The position numbers and the translations under genes were made by a program. From NCBI GenBank assembly GCA_003539625.1, contig DPOU01000009.1:45143-109142 (forward strand): DNA of 64,000 nt, given 5' to 3'. Of the stretch, positions 50,595 through 59,634 are shown piece by piece; within the stretch, counting starts at the first letter, position 1; the number at the start of each line of letters is the position of its first letter. A model generated the notes under the pieces. It ran no database searches, was not told the origin of the DNA, and was given only the letters and a program-made list of their open reading frames with translations. Source of the stretch: Acholeplasmatales bacterium (GTDB lineage: Bacteria; Bacillota_I; Bacilli_A; ML615J-28; CAG-313).

Positions 50595-53172
50595 TTACCA
50601 TCGCTTTTAATTTAGATAATGCAACTAAGGCATCAATTGGTTTCATATCATCAGGATTTAATGATTTCAATAAATTCAAAACGTCATCTGCTTCTTTAGT
50701 ATTTTTCTCAACCACTTGAACAATTGGTTTATGATAGTTTTCAATCGATAAGGTTTTTTGATCAATATTTGACTTAGCTTCTAGTTTTTCTAATAAGTCT
50801 TGAGCTCTAAGAGTAACATCAGTTGGTATTTTAGCAAGTGAAGCTACATTTATGCCATAGCTTTGATCAGAAGGGCCATCTAAAACTTTATGCAAGAATA
50901 CAAGTTCTCCAGTTTTATCAAAATTACTAGCATTAGCTTCAACATGCACATTTTTCAAAAATGGCAAACTTTGATCAAGTGATGTTAGTTCATGATAATG
51001 GGTTGAAAACAACGTTTTTGCTTTAGTTACAAAGTGAATATGCTCAATAATTGCTTGCGCAAGTGCCATACCATCAAAAGTTGCGGTACCACGTCCTACT
51101 TCATCTAAGATAATAAGACTACGTTCAGTAGCATTTTGAAGTGCATAGTTAACTTCTAACATTTCAGTCATAAATGTTGATTCACCACTTACAATATCAT
51201 CACTTGAACCGATTCTTGTGAAAATTTGATCAAAAATTGGTAGTTTTGCGTAAGTAGCGGGAACAAACGAACCCATTTGAGCCATTATGGCAATTATAGC
51301 ATTTTGTCGCATATAAGTTGATTTACCACTCATATTAGGACCCGTAATAAGTAATATTTTATCATTATTGTAAAGAATTAAATCATTAGGAATGAATGGT
51401 TTATCAAGGTTTACCTCAATAACCGGATGTCTTCCACCAACAATTTCCAATTCATCATATAAAGAAAAAGTTGGTCTTACATAATTATTAGTTTTAGCCA
51501 CAATATTAAAGGCAATAAGCATGTCGATTTCTGAAACTATTTGCGCAACTTTTTGTAGTTTTGAAGCATATCCTTTACAAATATTGCGAATTTCGTTGAA
51601 CAATTCCGATTCAAGTTCAATACTTCTTTCATCTGATCTAAGTATTAAAGCTTCTCTTTCTTTTAATTCTTCGGTAATGTAGCGTTCAGAGTTACTTGTT
51701 GTTTGTTTTCTAATATATCCAAATTCATCTTTGATTAAATTTAAATATGACTTTGTTACTTCAATATAATAACCAAATACTTTATTATAGCCTACTTTCA
51801 AATTTTTAATGCCAGTCTTTTCTTTTTCTCTTTTTTCGAGATTAATTAAGAAATCTTTATTTGTTGAACTAATATTTTTAATTTTATCTAATTCTTCACT
51901 ATAACCAGCCTTTATTACGCCACCATCTTTTAGACTAAAACCTGCGCTTTCATCGATTGATTTATTTAGCAAGTCATATAATTCATCAAAAGTAATTATT
52001 TGATTGGCTTTTTTCTTAGCTACTTTACCGTTAATTTTATTTAAATTATCTTTAATACTAGGTAATACGCCAATTGAACGTTTCAATTGAATTAAATCTT
52101 TGGGATTTAAATTACCATAACTAATGCGTCCTACAATTCTTTCTAAATCATAAATTTCCATTAAATCTTTTTTTACTTCTTCAACAATTAGGCCATTTTT
52201 GGCTAATTCATCAATAAAATCGTGGCGTTCATTAATTGCCTTTAAATCGACTAACGGAAACAAAATGCTTCTTTTTAAAAATCTTGAGCCCATTGCGGTA
52301 GAACATTTATCTAAAACACTAAAAAGATTATTTTTGAAACGGTTACCTTTTAATGATTCAACTAATTCAAGATTACGTACGACATTATTGTCAAGTCTTA
52401 AATAGTCTTTGCTATTATAGTATGCAAAAGGTTGAAGGTGTACTAAAACTCTTTTTTGAGTTTTAACAATGTAGGCAAGTAGTCGTTTTGCACAAACTTT
52501 AATATTTTCAGGTAGATTAACATACAAGCTATCTAAATAACTATCTAAGGTATTATCTTCGCATATTGAAACTAGAACTCCAAGATTTTTAGTCAAATTG
52601 TTACAAACTAATAGATTTAAATTTTTGTTAGAAACTACTTCTTTGATTGAAAGCTTTGAGATCTCACCATAAATTAGATCAAAATTATTGGGGAATTGAG
52701 TTATTTTAGATTCACCAGTTGACAAATCAATATACGCAAAAGCATAGCCATTATCTAATTTTTCTATAGCTCCAATGTAATTATTATTTTTATCGCTTAA
52801 ATATTTTTCATCTATATTAGTTCCAGGAGTAACGATTTTAGTTACATCACGATGAACAATTTTCTTTCCACCAGGTTCTTCTAATTGTTCAACAATGGCA
52901 ACTTTGTATCCCTTATTTGATAATTTTTCAATGTAGCTATCAACCGCATGATAAGGCACACCACACATTGGAACTTTTTCATTGCCAACCCCCGCATCAC
53001 GGCCTGTCAAAACAATTTCTAATTCACGGCTTGCAACAAGAGCATCATTAAAAAACATTTCATAAAAATCACCTAGTCTAAAAAAGACTAAAGTGTCAGG
53101 GTAATTTTCTTTAATCTCTAAATATTGTCGCATCATAGGAGTATATAAATTCTTATCTATTTTTTCGTACAT
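50581..53172 (-). CDS. mutS: DNA mismatch repair protein MutS
   Basis: TPMMRQYLEIK, Walker A GPNMSGKST, and STFMTEM. Confidence 0.9.
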   Translation of the reverse strand: MYEKIDKNLYTPMMRQYLEIKENYPDTLVFFRLGDFYEMFFNDALVASRELEIVLTGRDAGVGNEKVPMCGVPYHAVDSYIEKLSNKGYKVAIVEQLEEPGGKKIVHRDVTKIVTPGTNIDEKYLSDKNNNYIGAIEKLDNGYAFAYIDLSTGESKITQFPNNFDLIYGEISKLSIKEVVSNKNLNLLVCNNLTKNLGVLVSICEDNTLDSYLDSLYVNLPENIKVCAKRLLAYIVKTQKRVLVHLQPFAYYNSKDYLRLDNNVVRNLELVESLKGNRFKNNLFSVLDKCSTAMGSRFLKRSILFPLVDLKAINERHDFIDELAKNGLIVEEVKKDLMEIYDLERIVGRISYGNLNPKDLIQLKRSIGVLPSIKDNLNKINGKVAKKKANQIITFDELYDLLNKSIDESAGFSLKDGGVIKAGYSEELDKIKNISSTNKDFLINLEKREKEKTGIKNLKVGYNKVFGYYIEVTKSYLNLIKDEFGYIRKQTTSNSERYITEELKEREALILRSDERSIELESELFNEIRNICKGYASKLQKVAQIVSEIDMLIAFNIVAKTNNYVRPTFSLYDELEIVGGRHPVIEVNLDKPFIPNDLILYNNDKILLITGPNMSGKSTYMRQNAIIAIMAQMGSFVPATYAKLPIFDQIFTRIGSSDDIVSGESTFMTEMLEVNYALQNATERSLIILDEVGRGTATFDGMALAQAIIEHIHFVTKAKTLFSTHYHELTSLDQSLPFLKNVHVEANASNFDKTGELVFLHKVLDGPSDQSYGINVASLAKIPTDVTLRAQDLLEKLEAKSNIDQKTLSIENYHKPIVQVVEKNTKEADDVLNLLKSLNPDDMKPIDALVALSKLKAMVNEDE

Positions 53173-53314
53173 GCTATCACCTTACATTGTTGATTTTTTA
53201 TAGATTATATCATAATTCATTTTTTTTGTCATTATTTAACAAATTTTTTATTTTTTTGCTATATAAAAATTTCCTAATATTTTTTTCATAAAAAAAGAAA
53301 AAATAAGATTTCTC

Positions 53315-53902
53315 TTATTTTTCTATTATATATTTATTTATTGCAAGTGCAGTTGGATAAGAAATAATTATTCCTACCAACAATTCCACTAGTCCATTAA
53401 TTCCTACAAAAAGAACCATAAAATGGAGTGGATTAAGGGCATTTAAAGCAGTAACAAAACTTTGAATATATTCAGTCTGATAGAACAAGACAACTAACGT
53501 ACTCGTAAAAAGAATAGTATTCAAAAGTGGCATAAGAACAGATGCGGCTAAAGCAGAAATTTTTGAATTCTTGTTTCTTAAAATATCAGCAACAAATCCT
53601 GAAATTCCACCCGCAACAATTCTTGTTGGGACGCATACTAGGAAAGTAAAGAACGGATTAATAGAAAATAGTGTAGCTCCAAACGCACTATATCCAAAGC
53701 ATTGTACATAACTTATTAATCCAAAAATTGTTCCTAGGATTAAACCCATCTTATAGCCACCAATAATAATTCCAATTGATATAGGAATTATGGTTAGGGT
53801 TATTTCAACAAATGCCTTAATTGGCAAAAAAGATAGTACTACTATTAATGCTGATAAAACAGCTGCTAATGTTATATATTTAATTTTTTCATGTTTTGTC
53901 AT
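53315..53902 (-). CDS. ECF transporter S (substrate-capture) component, substrate unknown
   Basis: 195 aa, six-TM small integral membrane protein of the ECF_trnsprt type. There is no room for a riboswitch upstream (40-nt gap after obg). Confidence 0.5.
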   Translation of the reverse strand: MTKHEKIKYITLAAVLSALIVVLSFLPIKAFVEITLTIIPISIGIIIGGYKMGLILGTIFGLISYVQCFGYSAFGATLFSINPFFTFLVCVPTRIVAGGISGFVADILRNKNSKISALAASVLMPLLNTILFTSTLVVLFYQTEYIQSFVTALNALNPLHFMVLFVGINGLVELLVGIIISYPTALAINKYIIEK

Positions 53903-53943
53903 ATCTTACCTCATTATATTAAGTATATGCATACTTTTATTTC

Positions 53944-55221
53944 TTATTCAATAAATTCAAATTCGTAGTCGAATACACAAACCGTATCGCCAGACTCAAC
54001 GCCTAGTCTACGTAGTTCAGCGTCAACACCTAAATCACGCAATTTTTTAGCAAATAATCTAACATTTGCTTCAACATTAAAGTTAGTTCGATCGAATAGT
54101 TTTTTAACTTCTTCACCTTCAACGTGATATACGCCAGAATCGTCTTTTCTAATAGTAAAAGCAGGACCTTTAGGGACAAAATTATATTCAACTACTTCAT
54201 CTTTAGCATCCTCAATTGGCTTATATTTTTTTGCCTCTTCTAGAGTGTCTGCTATTTTATATAATAAATTTTGAACATTTTCTTTCGTATATGCAGAAAT
54301 TGGAATTACATCGTTTATGCCTGTGGCTTTTTTAAATTCTGCTAAATTTGCTGCAGATTGTGGTAAATCCATTTTATTAGCTACAACGATTTCGGGTCTT
54401 TTTAACAATTCTTGATTAAATTGTCCTAATTCCTTTCTTATCTTAAAATAATCATCTGCAGGAACACGACCATCAGTTGCACTCATATCAATGATATGCA
54501 CTATTACACGTGTTCTTTCGATATGTTTTAAGAATTGAATACCAAGACCAGCACCATCAGATGCTCCTTCAATTAAGCCTGGTAAATCAGCCATAATAAA
54601 ACTTCTTCCATCACCCACACCAACAACACCAAGATTAGGGTGAAGAGTTGTAAAATGGTAAGCCGCGATTTTTGGTTTAGCTTTAGAAACTATTGATATT
54701 AGTGTGCTTTTTCCAACACTAGGGAATCCCACTAATCCGACGTCTGCTAAAACTTTTAATTCAAGTTGAAGGTTACGTTCAACACCTGGTACACCTTTTT
54801 CACTAATTTCAGGAGCAGGATTTCTTGATGTAGCAAAGGCAGCATTTCCTTTACCACCTCGTCCACCTTCTGCAACCACTACTTCTTGACCTTGTTTAGT
54901 AATGTCACCGATTACAATACCTGTATCAGCATCCATTATTGTTGTTCCAATTGGCACTTTAACATAAGTGTTAGAACCAGCTTTACCAAACATATCGCGA
55001 GACATTCCATCTTGGCCACGTTCTGCTTTAATTTTTCGATTGAAACGAAAATCTAATAATGTTGTAAGGCCTTCCTCACCAACCATTATTACGCTTCCAC
55101 CTTTTCCGCCGTTTCCACCAGATGGGCCACCCATAGCTACGTATTTTTCGTGACGGAAAGCAACAACACCATCGCCACCATCACCTGCTTTAACATATAT
55201 TTTAACGCTATCTACAAACAT
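53944..55221 (-). CDS. obg: GTPase Obg
   Basis: MFVDSVKIYVKAGDGGDG Obg fold, GFPSVGKST and DLPGLIEGA. Start set to the ATG at 55221 after SD aggaggtg. Confidence 0.9.
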   Translation of the reverse strand: MFVDSVKIYVKAGDGGDGVVAFRHEKYVAMGGPSGGNGGKGGSVIMVGEEGLTTLLDFRFNRKIKAERGQDGMSRDMFGKAGSNTYVKVPIGTTIMDADTGIVIGDITKQGQEVVVAEGGRGGKGNAAFATSRNPAPEISEKGVPGVERNLQLELKVLADVGLVGFPSVGKSTLISIVSKAKPKIAAYHFTTLHPNLGVVGVGDGRSFIMADLPGLIEGASDGAGLGIQFLKHIERTRVIVHIIDMSATDGRVPADDYFKIRKELGQFNQELLKRPEIVVANKMDLPQSAANLAEFKKATGINDVIPISAYTKENVQNLLYKIADTLEEAKKYKPIEDAKDEVVEYNFVPKGPAFTIRKDDSGVYHVEGEEVKKLFDRTNFNVEANVRLFAKKLRDLGVDAELRRLGVESGDTVCVFDYEFEFIE

Positions 55222-55284
55222 GTAAAAGCACCTCCTAAATTCAAAATAAAAGCACTTGAAAACAAGTGCCTCGGTTTTTGTCAA

Positions 55285-55566
55285 CTATTCCACAGGATAA
55301 ACAGAAACTTGTTTTTTATCCATACCCTTGCGTTCATATTTAACAATACCATCAATCATACAGAATAAAGTATCATCTTTACCAATACCAACATTGTTTC
55401 CTGGATGAACTTTAGTTCCTCTTTGACGATAGATAATAGAACCAGCAGTGGCGTATTGACCATCAGATAATTTAGCACCTAAACGTTTAGATTCAGAATC
55501 ACGTCCGTTCTTAGTAGAACTAACACCTTTTTTAGATGCAAAGAATTGCAAATTAAATCTTATCAT
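55285..55566 (-). CDS. rpmA: 50S ribosomal protein L27 (with N-terminal propeptide)
   Basis: [14 protein letters not shown]... is the Firmicute-type L27 pro-sequence cleaved by Prp. Confidence 0.9.
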   Translation of the reverse strand: MIRFNLQFFASKKGVSSTKNGRDSESKRLGAKLSDGQYATAGSIIYRQRGTKVHPGNNVGIGKDDTLFCMIDGIVKYERKGMDKKQVSVYPVE

Positions 55567-55583
55567 GATGTCACCTCCTATTA

Positions 55584-55922
55584 TTAATTTTCAATTTTGA
55601 CTTTTAAATGATTTTGATAATTTGCTTGTATACTTTCTAATGTTTCAATCAAGTTATCAATAATTTTGGTAACAATTGAAATATCATAAGTAGACATTTT
55701 AGAATATTCAATATTCTTTAAACAAATATATCCAACTGCATCATCTTGAATTACTTCAAAAAGATCGGGAATTAACTTATCAAGTAAGTTAATGCTCATA
55801 ATAACTGCAGTGGAAATACCGGCACACACAATGTCATTACCAGAATCGGCATAACTTGCGTGTCCATTTACTTCGAAGTTGATATACAACCCCTCTTTTT
55901 TCCTAAAGACAGCTCTAGTCAT
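55584..55922 (-). CDS. Ribosomal-processing cysteine protease Prp
   Basis: GHA...DIVCAGIS motif. Lies between rplU and rpmA. Confidence 0.8.
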   Translation of the reverse strand: MTRAVFRKKEGLYINFEVNGHASYADSGNDIVCAGISTAVIMSINLLDKLIPDLFEVIQDDAVGYICLKNIEYSKMSTYDISIVTKIIDNLIETLESIQANYQNHLKVKIEN

Positions 55923-55925
55923 AAA

Positions 55926-56225
55926 TTACGCTTCAATAGTGTTGATAACTACTTTTGTGTAAGATTGACGATGACCTTGTTTTTTGTGGTAATTCTTCTT
56001 TGCTTTATACTTGAAAACAATAATTTTTTTGCCACGACCTTGTTTTTCAATAGTACCAGTAACTTTAGCACCATCAACAAGTGGTGTACCTACTTTATCA
56101 CCTGCTAATAAAACTTGATCAAATACTACAGTTTGACCAGCTTCACCATCAAGTTTTTCAACGTAGATTGTGTCACCTTCTGCTGCGCGATATTGCTTAC
56201 CGCCAGTAACAAAAATTGCGTACAT
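55926..56225 (-). CDS. rplU: 50S ribosomal protein L21
   Basis: [13 protein letters not shown]... Start set to the ATG at 56225 after SD gaggaggtg. Confidence 0.9.
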   Translation of the reverse strand: MYAIFVTGGKQYRAAEGDTIYVEKLDGEAGQTVVFDQVLLAGDKVGTPLVDGAKVTGTIEKQGRGKKIIVFKYKAKKNYHKKQGHRQSYTKVVINTIEA

Positions 56226-56316
56226 GTTGCACCTCCTCATTCAATTATTTTTAAGACACGCCATAGGGGTGGCATTAGCACTTATTACCCTTTTTGTGCG
56301 GTTGCTAATATGTAGC
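56226..56316 (-). promoter_or_regulatory. Structured 5' leader of rplU-prp-rpmA (candidate L21-leader type element)
   Basis: An untranslated leader of about 90 nt lies between the promoter and the SD. It is locally GC-richer, with pairings attagca/tgctaat and gcca/tggc. Bacillota are known to carry an L21 leader at this position. Confidence 0.4.
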
Positions 56317-56322
56317 GTACTT

Positions 56323-56351
56323 ATTATAACACATTATATGTTTTTTAGCAA
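56323..56351 (-). promoter_or_regulatory. Sigma-A type promoter for the rplU operon
   Basis: Minus strand TTGCTA, 17 nt spacer, TATAAT. Confidence 0.5.
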
Positions 56352-56370
56352 GTAAAAACCTTTTTTATTG

Positions 56371-56946
56371 CTAATTTGTGGAATTATATCTTTCATTTGA
56401 CTTAACACTTCTGTTATATAAAATTGTTAGTTTAGGTCTATTATATCGCAATATTGCAAAAGAAAGATACGATATAATGCCATTTGCAATCGCAATAGGT
56501 AGTCCAAAATATAAACAACACTTAGGATTGATTAACAATATTAAAAATCCTAAAATAATTGATAAAAAATGAATAGTTTCCCCATACACACATTCCATTA
56601 AATATCGTAATAAATACTCACTGTTTTTCGGTTCTCTAACTTTATTCTTTTTGAAATTTGTTAATTGGCCCAATTCAGGGATTTTATCTTTCCATTTTTT
56701 TATTTTAATTGCCTCATAAAATTTACGTTCCCATTTAAATATTTTAAAAACTTTGTATTTATAGACAAACCACTTTTCTGGTAAGCGTCTAATTACAAAA
56801 GCAATTATGGCATCTATTATAAAAACCACTAAAATATCAATACTTGTCCATTTCAAAATATACAAAATATCTGTACAACCTCTTAACAAATTTAATAAGT
56901 AAACGATAATCAAAGTTATTGATATTATTACACTGTAAATTATCAT
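56371..56946 (-). CDS. CrtO-family membrane acyltransferase (glycosyl-4,4'-diaponeurosporenoate acyltransferase-like)
   Basis: KKWKDKIP and RYNRPKL blocks parallel S. aureus CrtO (RKWKHKIL, RYNRPRL), with similar size and TM layout. Confidence 0.6.
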   Translation of the reverse strand: MIIYSVIISITLIIVYLLNLLRGCTDILYILKWTSIDILVVFIIDAIIAFVIRRLPEKWFVYKYKVFKIFKWERKFYEAIKIKKWKDKIPELGQLTNFKKNKVREPKNSEYLLRYLMECVYGETIHFLSIILGFLILLINPKCCLYFGLPIAIANGIISYLSFAILRYNRPKLTILYNRSVKSNERYNSTN

Positions 56947-56956
56947 ATATTATTTA

Positions 56957-57787
56957 TTATTCCTCATAAGTTAATGGAATTTTGTAGGTTTCTTCATATA
57001 CTTCTTTCCACATTTGATAGTTTTGAATGCTTAACTTTTCAGAGGAGTCCTTTAAATTCAAAGAAGTATCAGGAAAAATTGGTTTAAGAAAATTAACAGT
57101 ATATTCTTGTATTTTGAAACCATCTTTATCATAATTTGTACTATCAGACATTGTAATGAAACAAGGAACTATGGGGACATTAGTTTTTGAAGCATACCTA
57201 AATGCGCCGGCTTTTAAAGGCCTTGGTTTACGATAATTCCACCACATTGCTTGTTCAGGATAAATCAATACAATATCACCTCGTTTTAATATTGTATCTA
57301 TAGCATGATTAAAATTCTTCATTGTGTTGTAATTAGAACTTAAAGGAAGGGTATTACAGTGTCTAAAAAAATAGCCATAAAGTCCTTTAAAAGAATAATT
57401 GCCTTCTTTTATTACTTTATAAAATCTTTTTTTAGTTTTCTTTAGATAGGTCTTTAAAACTTCGTGCAGGGCAAAATTATCATATGGGTTAAAATGATTA
57501 CACGTAATAATAAAGCCAGTATCTAAGTTGGATAAATTATCTAAGCCTAATACTTCTTTTATGATCATATTTTCATTCTTTATTAATTTATCAATAAATT
57601 TTCTAGCAATATAATTGGCAATTTTCGTATTAATTTTACTTGTTAATTTCTTATTCAAATATTCAACTTCGTTTGCCTCTAAAGGTTTAGCAGGCAAATC
57701 ATTTTCTACATCAATATCAAACTTTTTTTCTTTTTCAAATTCGTTAATACGATTTAATACTTCAAGGCGCTCTTTACTTTTTTCCAT
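56957..57787 (-). CDS. PlsC-type (lysophospholipid) acyltransferase family protein
   Basis: HxxxxD motif (CNHFNPYD) and an EGxxS-like region (KEGNYSF). Confidence 0.65.
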   Translation of the reverse strand: MEKSKERLEVLNRINEFEKEKKFDIDVENDLPAKPLEANEVEYLNKKLTSKINTKIANYIARKFIDKLIKNENMIIKEVLGLDNLSNLDTGFIITCNHFNPYDNFALHEVLKTYLKKTKKRFYKVIKEGNYSFKGLYGYFFRHCNTLPLSSNYNTMKNFNHAIDTILKRGDIVLIYPEQAMWWNYRKPRPLKAGAFRYASKTNVPIVPCFITMSDSTNYDKDGFKIQEYTVNFLKPIFPDTSLNLKDSSEKLSIQNYQMWKEVYEETYKIPLTYEE

Positions 57788-57789
57788 AA

Positions 57790-58737
57790 TTAAGCTTCCT
57801 TTATTACTAAATTAACATAACGATTTTCTTTTGTTGTTTCTAAAATAGCAAGTTTCTTTAAAGATTTCTCAATTTCCAAATCTTTTCGTTTATGTTCTTC
57901 CGTATAGTTTTCTAGCATATTTTTAATAATTTCATAGAAAGTTGTTCTTCTTGCATATTTCCAAAATTCATCCGCATATTTAATATTAGAATAATGCCAT
58001 GGTTTGGCAGTAAGTTTAAAATGAACAATTTTAGGATTTTCAGGTGAATTAGCATCTATAAATAATGGTGAACAATTCCAACTTTTATCTAAATACTTTA
58101 CCTTATCCTTACAAATAACATTTAAATAGTCTTGATCGGGGGCAACAATAAACTTAACAATTGCAAGCATTTTAACAAATCTTTCATAAATTTTATCTTT
58201 TCTAAGTTCGTTTAGATTCATTACTAAAATGCCAGAATTGAAATATTGGTCAGCTTTTACGCCAAGGGCTAACAAAGTATAGTTTTTGAACTCATCACAC
58301 GAATTTACAACATCATCACAAATAACACCTAGATAGTGGTTCTTAATATTATTGTTATACAATTTAGAAATATCATCTAAAATTATTATATCAGCATCCA
58401 AATATAATGCTTTATCATATTCAGGAAATAAATCCGCAATAAATAGTCGATAATATATTGCGTTGGTGTAATAATCTCTTGTATGTAATTCTGTTATTGC
58501 GTTAATTCGTTCATTCACATTGACAAAGTCGATTTTACAATAATCACTATTTTGATATTTCATTAACATTTCTTTATATTCATCATTAATACCATTATTT
58601 AAAACATGGATGTTATAAAAATAATTTTTTGATGCTTTTTCGAACATTGATTCTAAGGTAACACCCAAAAAAGGAGCATAGCCATCGTCAACCGCAAAAA
58701 AAATTGGAATGATTGATTTTTTGTTTATTTGATTCAT
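57790..58737 (-). CDS. Glycosyltransferase family 8
   Basis: IPIFFAVDDGYAP, YLDADIII (DxD) and FNSGILVMNL motifs. Start set to the ATG at 58737 after SD ggagg. Confidence 0.75.
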   Translation of the reverse strand: MNQINKKSIIPIFFAVDDGYAPFLGVTLESMFEKASKNYFYNIHVLNNGINDEYKEMLMKYQNSDYCKIDFVNVNERINAITELHTRDYYTNAIYYRLFIADLFPEYDKALYLDADIIILDDISKLYNNNIKNHYLGVICDDVVNSCDEFKNYTLLALGVKADQYFNSGILVMNLNELRKDKIYERFVKMLAIVKFIVAPDQDYLNVICKDKVKYLDKSWNCSPLFIDANSPENPKIVHFKLTAKPWHYSNIKYADEFWKYARRTTFYEIIKNMLENYTEEHKRKDLEIEKSLKKLAILETTKENRYVNLVIKEA

Positions 58738-58833
58738 ATAATACCTCCGTTTTATATGTTTCAAGTATAACATATGGTATCCAGTATAATCAATCTATGT
58801 TTTTTAATTTACCTATAAACAAATAAAAATGTG

Positions 58834-58850
58834 AGTAGAAAAATTCTACT
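58834..58850. promoter_or_regulatory. Palindrome, candidate operator in a divergent promoter region
   Basis: AGTAGAA-aaa-TTCTACT is a perfect 7-bp inverted repeat. A related AGTAGAATT half-site lies at 58866..58874. Confidence 0.3.
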
Positions 58851-58895
58851 ACCAATTCTCTTAATAGTAGAATTATAAAATTAAAGCCTTTTTAC

Positions 58896-58924
58896 TTGAA
58901 AAAAATGTTATTTAATGCTAAAAT
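58896..58924 (+). promoter_or_regulatory. Promoter of the XRE-family gene, implying a leaderless mRNA
   Basis: TTGAAA, 17 nt spacer, TAAAAT. The ATG at 58931 is 7 nt after the -10 and has no SD. Confidence 0.45.
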
Positions 58925-58930
58925 TGCCTT

Positions 58931-59584
58931 ATGAATGAAATTAATAACTATAATAACGAAATTAACAACGAACAAAATGTCCGTTCTATAATTGCAAGCA
59001 ATTTAACTAAATATCGAAAGAACTTAGGTCTAACCCAATTAGAGTTAGCCGAGAAACTTAACTACTCTGACAAAACTTTGTCTAAATGGGAACGAGGTGA
59101 ATCAATTCCTGACATTGTAACGTTAAAGCAACTTGCAAGTATCTTCGGTGTTTCAGTTGATGTACTAATCAGTGAAGAAGGTACTTCTACTGCATTTGTT
59201 CGAAAAAAAGACAAGAAACCGCCAACTAGACGCAAAATCATTTGTGTTAACCTATTATCGGTAGCATTAGTTTGGCTTGTTGCGGTATTCATATTTGTAT
59301 TGTTGTCGCTGATTTTAAAAGACCAAAGTAAACTATGGTTATCCTTTATATATGCAATTCCTGTATCAGGAATAGTGCTATTAGTATTCTCATGTATTTG
59401 GGGTAACAATATTTACCGTTTCTTGTTTACTTCTTTGATTGTGTGGACTTCATCGTTATCTGTCCATCTAACAATGAACTTATTTAATGTTCAAAATGGT
59501 TATATGCTATATTTCATATCAATTGTGTTAGAAATAATGGCTTTCGTATTCTTCATTATATTAAAGAAAAATAAGAAAAATTAA
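58931..59584 (+). CDS. XRE-family (HTH_3) regulator with C-terminal polytopic membrane domain
   Basis: HTH (LGLTQLELAEKLNYSDKTLSKWERG) followed by about four TM segments. Confidence 0.7.
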   Translation: MNEINNYNNEINNEQNVRSIIASNLTKYRKNLGLTQLELAEKLNYSDKTLSKWERGESIPDIVTLKQLASIFGVSVDVLISEEGTSTAFVRKKDKKPPTRRKIICVNLLSVALVWLVAVFIFVLLSLILKDQSKLWLSFIYAIPVSGIVLLVFSCIWGNNIYRFLFTSLIVWTSSLSVHLTMNLFNVQNGYMLYFISIVLEIMAFVFFIILKKNKKN

Positions 59585-59597
59585 TCAAACAAAAATT

Positions 59598-59634
59598 AAG
59601 CCCACAGTATTTCTGTGGGCTTGTTTGTTTTTTT
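59598..59634. terminator. Bidirectional terminator between the XRE gene and the MATE gene
   Basis: 10-bp stem aagcccacag/ctgtgggctt, T-rich on both sides. Confidence 0.7.

Noticed and set aside
53903-53943. Riboswitch upstream of the ECF S-component gene
   Set aside because: Only about 40 nt separate it from obg, too short for any known vitamin riboswitch. The gene is probably co-transcribed.
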